From assembly GCA_965198225.1 (NCBI GenBank), contig CBDAOY010000008.1, positions 416,001 to 480,000 on the forward strand: DNA of 64,000 nt, read 5' to 3'. The stretch is from Terriglobia bacterium. Lineage in GTDB: Bacteria; Acidobacteriota; Terriglobia; 20CM-2-55-15. Of the stretch, positions 10,046-19,603 are shown in pieces; within the stretch, counting starts at the first letter, position 1, and each line of letters begins with the position of its first letter. Position numbers and translations under genes: made by a program. The notes beneath the pieces were generated by a model that saw nothing but the letters and a program-made list of their open reading frames with translations, searched no databases and was not told where the DNA came from.

Positions 10046-11026
10046 ATGATTCGAATTGCAGGGACTTTTGTGTCCATCATTTCTCTGGTAGCACTGATCG
10101 TGCTCGTGGGGCTGGTCGAGCCCGTTTCGGCTCGTCCAGAGTTTCACCAGCGTTTCCTGGATGATCCGCTCCGACTTCCGAGCGTGGAAGGTTGTGCGAC
10201 CTGCCACGACGACCCCGAAGGCGGAGGGCCTCGGAACGAGTTCGGTAGCGCCTTCGACGAGGGCGGTCGGATCATCACGCCGATGCTGAGGGCGAGTTAT
10301 CCGGACCGCTTCGGGTTCGTTTCGACGCGACTCGCCGACGGAACTACGTTCTTTTTCTCCGACCCTGAAAACCAGGTCGCCGTTTTCGAGCGTAACGATC
10401 AGAAGTTTCTCATCGACCTTGCGGCCCTGTCGGAGGTTTCCGAGGACGTGCTCCCGCCCCCGGCAAACCAGATGACATTTTTCCTTACCAGCGAAGGGCC
10501 CGGCAACGGCGGCCATCTGGAGGGTCTGGCCGGAGCCGATCGGCACTGTCAGGCGCTTGCCGAAGCAGTCGACGCGGGAGATCGAAATTGGCGCGCATAC
10601 CTCAGTACCAGCTTCCAGGGTTCACCGGCGATCAATGCCGGCGATCGAATCGGCACCGGCCCGTGGTTCAACGCGAAAGGACAGCTGGTTGCGCGCGGCG
10701 TCACGGACCTGCACAAGAACAACCGGTTGACAAGGCAGAGCGTGTTTAACGAAAAGGGTGAGAGTGTCAATGGCCGTGGAGACGAACCAAACCGCCACGA
10801 CATTCTGACCGGTTCGCTGTCGGACGGCACCGCGGCGATCGGGCAGGATTGCAACAACTGGACGAGTTCCATGGAGGGCACCGCGATGGTCGGCCACCAC
10901 GATCGGGAAGGTGGCGGAGAAAATGGCAGTTCCTGGAATTCCGCACACCCCTCGAGAGGCTGCAGCCAGGAAGAGCTGCGCGCATCGGGTGGTGACGGCC
11001 TATTCTACTGCTTTGCCCTTCGATAG
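10046..11026 (+). CDS. Exported protein: N-terminal CxxCH domain fused to an endostatin/C-type-lectin-like domain
   Basis: GGAGG RBS; signal peptide; GCATCHDDPEGGGPRNEFG; C-terminal FFLTSEGPGNGGHLEGLAGADRHCQALA..WRAYLST..HDILTGS..CNNWTS..GLFYCFA. Confidence 0.75.
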   Translation: MIRIAGTFVSIISLVALIVLVGLVEPVSARPEFHQRFLDDPLRLPSVEGCATCHDDPEGGGPRNEFGSAFDEGGRIITPMLRASYPDRFGFVSTRLADGTTFFFSDPENQVAVFERNDQKFLIDLAALSEVSEDVLPPPANQMTFFLTSEGPGNGGHLEGLAGADRHCQALAEAVDAGDRNWRAYLSTSFQGSPAINAGDRIGTGPWFNAKGQLVARGVTDLHKNNRLTRQSVFNEKGESVNGRGDEPNRHDILTGSLSDGTAAIGQDCNNWTSSMEGTAMVGHHDREGGGENGSSWNSAHPSRGCSQEELRASGGDGLFYCFALR

Positions 11027-11159
11027 TGTTCAATAGTAGGGGTTTAGGGGGCAGATCATATTAGGTCGAGCCGGCCGGTGCGACTGCCCCCTTTGACCTT
11101 TCCCCCGCTCGGGCGCGAAGCGCAGCTTAAAGTACTCAATTCACAGGGATCAGAAACTG

Positions 11160-11188
11160 TTGACGTGGGTCCCTGACCTATTTATAGT
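11160..11188 (+). promoter_or_regulatory. sigma70-type promoter of cassette 2
   Basis: TTGACG-N17-TATAGT. Confidence 0.75.
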
Positions 11189-11339
11189 GGCAACAGTAAC
11201 AGTCCAGTGCGGCGACGTGTGCTTGAGCGGCCCTCGCGGGAGATGTTGTATTGCGCGTTTAGTACTGCCGCATTTGTTCTTGGAACGTGCGAACTGAGGT
11301 TCGTTGGCGTTCGAGTTTCAGCTAGCGGAGGGTTGGTTG

Positions 11340-13754
11340 ATGAAGTTCACTTTGGTCTGCGTTGGCTTCGCCCTGCTTGCGATCGTGCTTTTCGGACAAG
11401 GTGATGCCCCCGTCGCCTTCGGCCAGGAAAGCGGCACTCTGTCCACGCTCGAATCGCAGCGTGCGATGGTGACCGACTACTGCGCCACGTGTCACAACCC
11501 TGCTCTCATGGAGGGCGCTTTCTCCTGGGACGAAGTGGACGTCGCGCACCCGGAGCAGAACGCCGAACAGGCCGAGAAGGTCATCCGCAAGGTTCGTTCC
11601 GGCATGATGCCCCCGGTCGGCATGCCCCGTCCGTCCGCCACCGAGTTGAAAGCGTTTGCCGCCGCGCTCGAAACCAGAATCGATCAGGCCGCTGTGCCGC
11701 ATTCCGAAGCGCCCGAACTCCACCGTGTCAACCGGAGAGAGTACAGGAACTCCATCCGCGACCTGCTCGACCTCGACATCGATGTCGGAGCGCTGCTGCC
11801 GCCCGACGGCCGGACCGGTAATTTCGACAACATGGCCGACGCCCTGACTGTTACGCCCGCACTCATGCAGGCTTACGTGCGCGCCGCGGACAAGATAGCC
11901 AGACAGGCCGTGGGCGATCCACAGGCGCCACCCGTGATGGCACAGTTTGACGTCGCCAAAGTGACCAACCAGATGCGGCACGTCGAAGGCACACCGTTCG
12001 GGACGCGCGGTGGGACGGCCGTCACGCACAACTTCCCGGCGGACGGCGAATACACGTTCGGCCTGGAGATGTACTACTACTACACCGGCGAGTTGATCGG
12101 CTCCAACCTTCCCGAGTCTCTGCAAGGCCAGCAGATCGAAATCTCGGTCGACGGCGAGCGAGTGGGTGTGTTCACGGTCGATCCGCTGCAGGAAGAAACC
12201 ACGGCTGTGATGGTGACCGATCCCGTGCAGGTGACGGCGGGACCGCACAACGTTGCTGCAGCGTTCATCCAGACCTTCGACGGTCCCGTAGAAGACCACT
12301 ACCGGCTGGTCGAGCACACGTTGATGGATGTCAGTATCGCCCTTCATGCAGGCATGACGGCGTTGCCGCACCTGCAGACCATGACGATCACAGGGCCGTT
12401 GAAGATCACGGGAATCTCAGATACCCCGAGCCGCCAGAAGATCTTCATCTGCTATCCGGACAATCCCGCCGAAGAGCAGGGCTGCGCCGAGGAGATCACG
12501 ACGAACCTCGCCGCCAAAGCCTTCCGACGGCCGGCGACTCCGGAAGATCTCGAAGGGCTGATGGAGATGTACAGAGTCGGCCTCGCCGAAGGCGATTTCG
12601 AAACCGGTATCCGGACTGTGGTTCAGGCGGTCATCGCGAAACCCGAGTTCGTCTTCCGCTTCGAGCGCGTCCCGGTCGGCGTGGAGCCCGGTCAGAGCTA
12701 TCAAATTGGCGACCTCGAGCTGGCTTCCCGATTGTCGTATTTCCTCTGGAGCACTTCCCCCGACGAAGAGCTGGTCGAGATCGCAAGTCAAGGCAGCTTA
12801 CGAGACGAGGGAGTCCTGGAAAGCCAGGTCCGGCGCATGCTCGCAGACCCGAGAGCAGAAACGCTGTCGGCCAACTTCGCATCGCAATGGCTGCGACTGG
12901 CGGGCATCGAAGAGGTGGCGCCGGAGCCGACGATCTTCCCCGACTACACGCGGAATCTGGCCGAATCGATGAGACGCGAGGTCGAACTGCTGTTCCACAG
13001 CATCGTCCAGGAAGACCGAAACGTTCTCGAGTTGATGACGGCCGATTACACGTTCGTGGATGAAACGCTCGCGACACACTACGAGATTCCCAACGTCGTC
13101 GGCACCCGATTCCGCCGCGTCCAGCTGGGCGACCCGAACCGTTTCGGGTTGCTCGGCAAGGGTGGCGTACTGACGTTGACTTCGCTGGCGAACCGGACCT
13201 CACCGGTGGCGCGCGGGAAGTACGTGCTGGAAGTCGTCGTGGGATCGCCTCCACCGAACCCCCCGCCCGTCGTTCCTCCCTTCAAGGAGAGCGTCAACAA
13301 CGAGAAGATACTGACGGTTCGCGAGCGGATTGAGGTGCACCGGGAGAACCCGGTGTGTAACGCCTGCCACCAGATCATGGATCCGATCGGCCTGACGATG
13401 GAGAACTTCGACGCGATCGGGCGTTGGCGCGCCAACGACGAAGGGCTTCCCATCGATGCGTCCGCCAGGATGTACGACGGGACGGAGTTGGACGGGGTGG
13501 TCAGCCTCAGCCAGGCGGTTCTGGATCGCTCAGAGGCGTTCCTGGGCAACTTTGCGGAGAACCTTCTGGCATACGGCGTCGGCCGGGTGCTGGACTATCG
13601 CGACATGCCGACGGTCCGGACGATTAGAAGGGCCGCGGCAGCAGACAACAACCGCTTTTCGACGTTCGTCATGAACGTCATCGAGAGCGTCCCGTTCCAG
13701 ATGAGGACGCTCAACCCGGCGACGGACGAGCAGGCTCAGGCCGGCCGCCATTGA
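11340..13754 (+). CDS. Exported di-heme c-type cytochrome, DUF1592 family (copy 2)
   Basis: Colinear paralogue of 4074..6503; CATCH and CNACH retained. Confidence 0.88.
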   Translation: MKFTLVCVGFALLAIVLFGQGDAPVAFGQESGTLSTLESQRAMVTDYCATCHNPALMEGAFSWDEVDVAHPEQNAEQAEKVIRKVRSGMMPPVGMPRPSATELKAFAAALETRIDQAAVPHSEAPELHRVNRREYRNSIRDLLDLDIDVGALLPPDGRTGNFDNMADALTVTPALMQAYVRAADKIARQAVGDPQAPPVMAQFDVAKVTNQMRHVEGTPFGTRGGTAVTHNFPADGEYTFGLEMYYYYTGELIGSNLPESLQGQQIEISVDGERVGVFTVDPLQEETTAVMVTDPVQVTAGPHNVAAAFIQTFDGPVEDHYRLVEHTLMDVSIALHAGMTALPHLQTMTITGPLKITGISDTPSRQKIFICYPDNPAEEQGCAEEITTNLAAKAFRRPATPEDLEGLMEMYRVGLAEGDFETGIRTVVQAVIAKPEFVFRFERVPVGVEPGQSYQIGDLELASRLSYFLWSTSPDEELVEIASQGSLRDEGVLESQVRRMLADPRAETLSANFASQWLRLAGIEEVAPEPTIFPDYTRNLAESMRREVELLFHSIVQEDRNVLELMTADYTFVDETLATHYEIPNVVGTRFRRVQLGDPNRFGLLGKGGVLTLTSLANRTSPVARGKYVLEVVVGSPPPNPPPVVPPFKESVNNEKILTVRERIEVHRENPVCNACHQIMDPIGLTMENFDAIGRWRANDEGLPIDASARMYDGTELDGVVSLSQAVLDRSEAFLGNFAENLLAYGVGRVLDYRDMPTVRTIRRAAAADNNRFSTFVMNVIESVPFQMRTLNPATDEQAQAGRH

Positions 13755-13873
13755 TGAGTTGATGAGTCGATGACTTGCTGAATTGATAGATCGATCAGGC
13801 ATAGTAAGTATTCGAGTCAGTCAGTTGCTTTAACCTAGGATAGGTCGCTTAACAGACGAGGAGAGCCAAACCT

Positions 13874-15247
13874 ATGTTCATTACAAAGAAACACATTTCA
13901 CGCCGTACGATGCTTCGAGGTATGGGAGCTGCGGTCGCGCTGCCGTTCATGGAATCGATGGTGCCTGCCCAGACACCACTGAAGAACACGGCAGCCAACC
14001 CGAGAAGCCGTTTCGCCGCGATCGAGATCGTTCACGGAAACGGTGGCAGTACGATGTACGGCACGGAGAACAACCTCTGGGCGCCGGGCACCCAGGGCCG
14101 GGACTTTGAATTCGGGAAAATCATAAAGCCTCTGGAGCCGTTCAAGGACTACACGACGATCGTCAGTGACACCGACTGTGCTCCGGCCGACGCGATCACA
14201 GCCGAAGAGGTGGGTGCCGATCACTTCCGCTCCAGTGCCGTGTTCCTGACGGCTGCTCACGCGAAACAGACCGAAGGGTCCGACATTTACAACGGAACTT
14301 CGATCGACCAGATGTACGCGCATGAGTTCGGGCAGGACACGCCGCTGCCGTCGATCCAGCTGAGCATTGAGAACCTGGATTCCTCGGGCACCTGCGGCTA
14401 CCACTACAGCTGCTTCTACATGGACACGATCAGCTGGTCCTCACCGTCGACTCCGCTGCCGATGACGCGCGACCCGCGTCTGGCGTTCGAGGAGTTGTTC
14501 GGTTCGGGTGGAACCGCCGAAGACCGGGCCACTCGGCGACGGATCAACCGCAGCATTCTGGACGGCATCACCCACGATGTCGCCAGGCTGAGCAAGGATC
14601 TCGACCCCGTGGATCGCACCCGGCTCAACGACTACCTGGAGAACATCCGGGAGCTGGAGCGCCGGATCCAGAGGATCGAGGCGTACAACACCGAGCACGG
14701 AGCTGAAAGGGAATTGCCGACCGCCCCGATCGGGGTGCCCGACAACTGGGAAGAGCATGTCAAGCTCATGTATGACCTTCAGGCTCTGGCTTTCGCCGCG
14801 GATGTGACGCGCGTGTCCGCCTTTAAGCTGAGCCGCGACACCAGCAACCGGGTCTTCCCGGAAAGCGGCTGCGATACCCCGTTCCACACGGCGTCGCACC
14901 ACCAGGCGAAGCCCTCGTTGATCGAAGACATTGGCAAGATCAACCGTTACCACCTCGGCTTGCTCGCGTACTTCCTCGACAAGCTGAAGAATACCCCCGA
15001 CGGTGACGGCAACCTTCTGGATCACTCGCTGGTGCTCTACGGCAGCCCGATGGGCGACGGCAATATCCACGGCCACAAACGTGTGCCGATGGTGCTGCTC
15101 GGCCACGCCTCGGGTACGCTTCAGGGCAACCTGCATTTGCGTTGCCCTGATGAGACGCCGGAGGCCAACATCCTGCTGACGACCCTGCACAAACTCGGGA
15201 TGAAGACCGAAACAGTCGGCGACAGTACCGGGCCGCTTGCGATCTAG
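13874..15247 (+). CDS. DUF1552 (HxxSHH) domain protein with Tat-like leader (copy 2)
   Basis: MFITKKHISRRTMLRG; FHTASHH; paralogue of 6540..7910. Confidence 0.88.
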   Translation: MFITKKHISRRTMLRGMGAAVALPFMESMVPAQTPLKNTAANPRSRFAAIEIVHGNGGSTMYGTENNLWAPGTQGRDFEFGKIIKPLEPFKDYTTIVSDTDCAPADAITAEEVGADHFRSSAVFLTAAHAKQTEGSDIYNGTSIDQMYAHEFGQDTPLPSIQLSIENLDSSGTCGYHYSCFYMDTISWSSPSTPLPMTRDPRLAFEELFGSGGTAEDRATRRRINRSILDGITHDVARLSKDLDPVDRTRLNDYLENIRELERRIQRIEAYNTEHGAERELPTAPIGVPDNWEEHVKLMYDLQALAFAADVTRVSAFKLSRDTSNRVFPESGCDTPFHTASHHQAKPSLIEDIGKINRYHLGLLAYFLDKLKNTPDGDGNLLDHSLVLYGSPMGDGNIHGHKRVPMVLLGHASGTLQGNLHLRCPDETPEANILLTTLHKLGMKTETVGDSTGPLAI

Positions 15248-15308
15248 CTGATCGATCGGAGGCAGTGTTAGAACGTAGGGAAACAGTTAACTCATAGAGG
15301 GACGACAC

Positions 15309-17014
15309 ATGTTCGGTAAAAGCGTAGTTACCGGGTTGTGCATGGCCTTACTGCTGGCGGCGGTCGGCGGACAGCTTCTGGCTGCTCCGGTGGACGCGCC
15401 GGCGGACGCGGCCATGCGCGGCGATCTGGATGCGGTTCGAGAAATACTTGGCCGGCAGGCGGACGTCAACGTAGCGCAGGGAGACGGCACGACGGCGATC
15501 TGGATGCGGTTCGAGAAATACTTGGCCGGCAGGCGGACGTCAACGTACAGGGAGACGGCACGACGGCGTTGCACTGGGCGGCATACAGGGACGATGTTGA
15601 GATGGCCCGACTCCTCGTCGAGGCGGGTGCAGACGTTACCGTCAAGACCCGCTTGGGCGATCTCACGCCTCTGTTCATGGCTGCCAAGAACGGCACCGCG
15701 GAAATGATCGAGCTCCTGGCCGAGGCCGGCGCGGAGATCCATTCCACCAACGCCAACGGAACGACTCCGTTAATGCTGGCTGCGGCTTCGGGCAAGACAG
15801 ACGCGGTTCAAGTCCTGTTGGATCGCGGCGCTGACGTCAACGCCAAGGACGTCACGAACGAACAGAATGCCGTGATGTTTGCTGCGTCACTCGGTCGTGC
15901 CGACGTGGTCAAGCTGCTCGCCGCGAACGGTGCGGCGCTCGACGACAACACGAAGGTGACCGAGATAGTCAAACGGGAGTACCGGTACCGCGAGCGGGAG
16001 CAAAAGAATACGAACCGCTCCCGGCAGATACGACGCGAAGGTGCGACCAGCTTACCCACCATGGGCGGGATGACCGCCCTGCAGTTTGCGACGCGTGAAG
16101 GCCACATGGACGTCGTACGGGAACTCGTTGAGGCCGGAGCCGACGTCGACCGGGTCAACGCGGCCGACCACATGAGCGCCCTCACCTCCGCGCTGCTCAA
16201 CGGAGGCTTCGACATCGCCATGTACCTGGTCGAGAATGGCGCCGATCCGAATCTGGTGAGCACGACCGGCGTGACCCCGCTGTACGCGGTGATCGATGCG
16301 CAGTGGGCCGCACGGACGTGGTATCCGGCTCCGAGCCTTTCCGAAGAGAAGACCGGCTACCTCGACCTGCTGCAGGCCATCATCGGCAGCGGGGCCGATC
16401 TCAACGCCAGGTTGGGGAAGAAGCTGTGGTTCCGGTCGTTCCATGGGGACTCGATCAAGCAGGAAGGAGCGACGGCTTTCTGGCGGGCTGCAAAATCGAA
16501 TGACGTAGCCGCGATGAAGATACTGGTGGCGGCAGGCGCAGACCCCAGCATTCCCACGCTCCTGGGCGGTACGCCTCTGCAGGCTGCGGCGGGCTTCGGG
16601 CTCGAGCCGCAGACCAGCAACGTGGTTCCGGATGCACGTCTGGCGGCCGTGAAGTACCTGGTGGAGGAAGTCGGTGCGGACCCGAACGCTGGCGACAAAC
16701 AGGGCTACACGCCGCTGCACGGAGCGGCACTGACCACCAACATCGACGTGATGACCTACCTCGTGGCCATGGGCGGCAACGTGAAAGCTCGGGCCAAGAT
16801 GGTTTTCGGCGGTATCGGTGAGACGGACCGCGAAGTTGAGGGCAAAACCGGAGACACGGTCGCGGACATGGCCAACGGGCCGAAACCCCACAACCTGCAG
16901 TATCCCGATGTCGTCACGTGGCTCGAGAGTCTCGGTTCGGAGAACTCGGATCACTGCCGGGCCGCGACCTGTGTGGTGAAGACCCTCAAAGAAAGCAACA
17001 AGGAACGGCAATAG
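15309..17014 (+). pseudogene. Exported ankyrin-repeat protein (copy 2), frameshifted by an internal tandem duplication (real or assembly artefact)
   Basis: Signal peptide and first repeat in ORF 15309..15707, remainder in ORF 15338..17014; removing 71 duplicated nt restores one ORF colinear with 8043..9641. Confidence 0.85.
15419..15568 (+). repeat. Tandem duplication (74-nt unit plus 71-nt unit lacking GCG) bounded by CGGCG microhomology
   Basis: CGGCGATCTGGATGCGGTTCGAGAAATACTTGGCCGGCAGGCGGACGTCAACGTA occurs at 15419 and 15493. Confidence 0.95.
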
Positions 17015-17067
17015 CTCATCCTCGAAGCTAGGCGGTAGCGACCTGCCGCAACTGACAACTCGAAGCC

Positions 17068-17099
17068 GAAAGGAGCCCTTGGCGGGGCTCCTTTCTGTT
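17068..17099 (+). terminator. Probable terminator after cassette 2
   Basis: GAAAGGAGCCC-loop-GGGCTCCTTTC then TGTT. Confidence 0.7.
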
Positions 17100-17111
17100 A
17101 TGGTCGGAATC

Positions 17112-17873
17112 ATGTCTCGAAGACTGACCATCATACTGATTCCCTTACTGGTAATCTCCGGGGGCCTTGCTTTCTCGCCGGAGATGCGTGCGCAGGCACG
17201 GCGCAACACCAATCACGGGAGCGTGTGGGACGGTGTCTATACGGACGCGCAGGCGCAGGAAGGACAGGCGCTCTTCGAAGCCAACTGCATCAAGTGCCAT
17301 GGCCGCGATACGGGTGGCTTCGCGGCAAAAGAACTCTACGGGGATCGATTCTTCGAGCGATGGAGAGAAGATACGCTCGACAGCCTGTATGGCTTCATGC
17401 AGAACATGCCGCCCGCCGGACCGGCCTTGAGTGCCCCCGAATACATGAACATCCTCAGCCACATCCTGTGGGCAAACGGCTTTCCGCCAGGCTCCGCGAG
17501 ACTGGATACGAGTGGTCTGTCCATGATTCGAATCGAAGGAGAGGACGGGCCACAGCCGCTTCCGGACCGGGCCAGCGTCCAGGTGGTCGGCTGCATGACG
17601 CGTTCCGGAAGCGACTGGACGCTGACGATGGCGACCGACCCGGTCCGGGCTCGGAATACCGAAGAAGCGACTGAAATCGAGCTCAAGGCGGCCGACGCGA
17701 AGCAGCTCAGCACCCAGACTTTCGAACTGGGGAATTTCTTCATGCTGGGTTCATTCGACCGTGACGCCCACGAGGGCCACAGGATGCTCGCCAAGGGCGC
17801 GCTGGTACGTCAGGACGAACGTGACCGTATCAGCCTGACTGCCCTGGACTCGGTGGCCAGTAGCTGTCCGTAG
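17112..17873 (+). CDS. Exported mono-heme cytochrome c with C-terminal extra domain
   Basis: Signal peptide; SVWDGVYTDAQAQEGQALFEANCIKCHG; NMPP axial Met; VQVVGCM in second domain. Confidence 0.85.
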   Translation: MSRRLTIILIPLLVISGGLAFSPEMRAQARRNTNHGSVWDGVYTDAQAQEGQALFEANCIKCHGRDTGGFAAKELYGDRFFERWREDTLDSLYGFMQNMPPAGPALSAPEYMNILSHILWANGFPPGSARLDTSGLSMIRIEGEDGPQPLPDRASVQVVGCMTRSGSDWTLTMATDPVRARNTEEATEIELKAADAKQLSTQTFELGNFFMLGSFDRDAHEGHRMLAKGALVRQDERDRISLTALDSVASSCP

Positions 17874-17885
17874 CAGTCTCCCAGG

Positions 17886-17953
17886 TGTAGGTGCGGTCTA
17901 TGACCGCACATCCTTCGAGCTAAGACGATGTGCGCTCATAGAGCGCCCCTACA
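17886..17953. repeat. REP doublet, copy 2 (between convergent genes)
   Basis: TGTAGGTGCGGTCTATGACCGCAC...GTGCGCTCATAGAGCGCCCCTACA. Confidence 0.9.
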
Positions 17954-18017
17954 CCCGATCCTGAAGTTTCGCCCTCCCACACATATTGGTCTGGATAGCT
18001 GGATAGCGAACGGTGCG

Positions 18018-19307
18018 CTAGTTGGCCGATTCGTGGAAATAGGCGGGTAGGTCCGGCTTTGTGTCCTGAAGGATCTCCAGGACGGAACGGCGGTCGTCGT
18101 CGGTCAGGTTGGAAAACTTCTCCTCATCGTCCTGGCCCGCAAGAACCTCAAAAAGCCTGCGGTAGATTTGAGCCTTTGCACCAGGGGGTAGCGCGTCGAA
18201 CGATCGGCTGTACACCATGAAGCTCAACGGGTATCGGAACAGGCGTGTTTCCAGGTCGAAGTCGCGGAGCGAGCGGCCTTGCCCGTCGCGCGGTCCCCTC
18301 TCGGGGAAGGTCTCGGTAAACGTCGAGACACCTTCGACTGGTTCCGGAAGCGGAACTTCGTCGGCGAAAAGCATGTAGGTGACCAGCGCTTCGATGTCGG
18401 CGTCGATCTGTGCGCGCTTCAACGCGGAGGTGTCGCCGTCATGGAGCGCCATCCGCTCCTCCCAGCCGACTCGCGTGATGTAGTTGAGCATCTGAGTCTG
18501 ATGTTCAAACGTCATCAACGCCACGATGTCACTTACCGGTTCCAGATATCCGTCGGTGTCGACCTTCCCGTAAAGGTGGGTCAGGTTTCGACGCTGGAAC
18601 TCGTCCAACACCAGGGGCTGAGCCGGGTTCGGCGCCACGGCGTTCGAGCGGTCCTCCTGCTGCCCGCTTGTCGCGTTGACGTACCATCCACCCCACCGTT
18701 CTCCGAATTCCGTACGGTGGTCGGTAATGATCGCATCGACTGGCGACGGGTTTCCCGTGGGGCCCGGGAACACCGAGCCGACAAATATGCCGGGGACTCC
18801 CGATGTTGCAGGACCCTGGTGGCATCGCAGACACACCTCGCGGCGTTCGAAACCCTCCTGTTCCAGCTTGCCTACGTGCGCGGTATAGAACACCGGTCCG
18901 AGTGCCGGGTCGATGGCAGCGATTTCGATCGCGTCGCTGCCTCGTACGAAAGCGACTGCCACGTCGTCGCTGAAGTAGATGGCGCGCGGGTTGTCCGGAG
19001 CGATCTTAGGCGCCTGGAAACTCGTTTTCGAGAATACCAGCGCCTGCGAATCGGTGTTCACTCCGAGCTGTTCCAAGAGGGAAGGCAGGTACCCGAGCCC
19101 GTCAGTCCGGAGATCGAAAGCGGCTTCCCCGGCCTCCATTCTCTTCGTCAGGCGGGCGACTGCATCGTCGGTAGGCCGGTCGAAGTACTGGATCGCAGGA
19201 TGGTCCACGGCCAGGTCCGGCAGGTATTCCTGGGCGGGAACCACAACGGCCAGCATCGTGCCAACGGCGAGCACGGAACAAATCGTAAGAAACGTCCTCG
19301 ATGCCAT
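18018..19307 (-). CDS. Exported conserved hypothetical protein with a single CxxCH motif
   Basis: Signal peptide MASRTFLTICSVLAVG; SQALVFSKTSFQ, NPRAIYF, CLRCH, ERWGGWYV, SDIVALM, GRSLRDFDLETRLFRYPLS. Confidence 0.75.
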   Translation of the reverse strand: MASRTFLTICSVLAVGTMLAVVVPAQEYLPDLAVDHPAIQYFDRPTDDAVARLTKRMEAGEAAFDLRTDGLGYLPSLLEQLGVNTDSQALVFSKTSFQAPKIAPDNPRAIYFSDDVAVAFVRGSDAIEIAAIDPALGPVFYTAHVGKLEQEGFERREVCLRCHQGPATSGVPGIFVGSVFPGPTGNPSPVDAIITDHRTEFGERWGGWYVNATSGQQEDRSNAVAPNPAQPLVLDEFQRRNLTHLYGKVDTDGYLEPVSDIVALMTFEHQTQMLNYITRVGWEERMALHDGDTSALKRAQIDADIEALVTYMLFADEVPLPEPVEGVSTFTETFPERGPRDGQGRSLRDFDLETRLFRYPLSFMVYSRSFDALPPGAKAQIYRRLFEVLAGQDDEEKFSNLTDDDRRSVLEILQDTKPDLPAYFHESAN

Positions 19308-19603
19308 GAAGAGTACTTTAGCAAATGGAAACCGGTTTGTGACGCCGAACACCGTCGTCGTCATGCAACTGATTCTGTAACAATGGCTTAGGTGCAGACA
19401 GTTTTGTCCAATCTGAAGGGCCCTGATTGCGCCACTGCTTCGGGCAAGCCGCCGGCACACAAAGCGCCGGGAACATTATTGAGGGTTGCAGGATCGCGGC
19501 GCAGATGGCCAGCCGTTGTCGAGCAATGATTCACGCAACAGGGTTGGGGTTGTTGTCCGCCCGCCGGCGGGCGAAAATGGCTTGCCCTCGAGCAACGGAA
19601 CGA

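Noticed and set aside
8043-17014. Ankyrin proteins as eukaryote-like symbiosis effectors
   Set aside because: They are fixed third genes of the DUF1592/DUF1552 cassette with Sec-type leaders; no secretion system nearby
3634-19307. Genomic island or prophage integrated at tRNA-Leu
   Set aside because: No integrase, phage or transfer genes; I saw no duplicated tRNA 3' end; composition looks like the rest of the window
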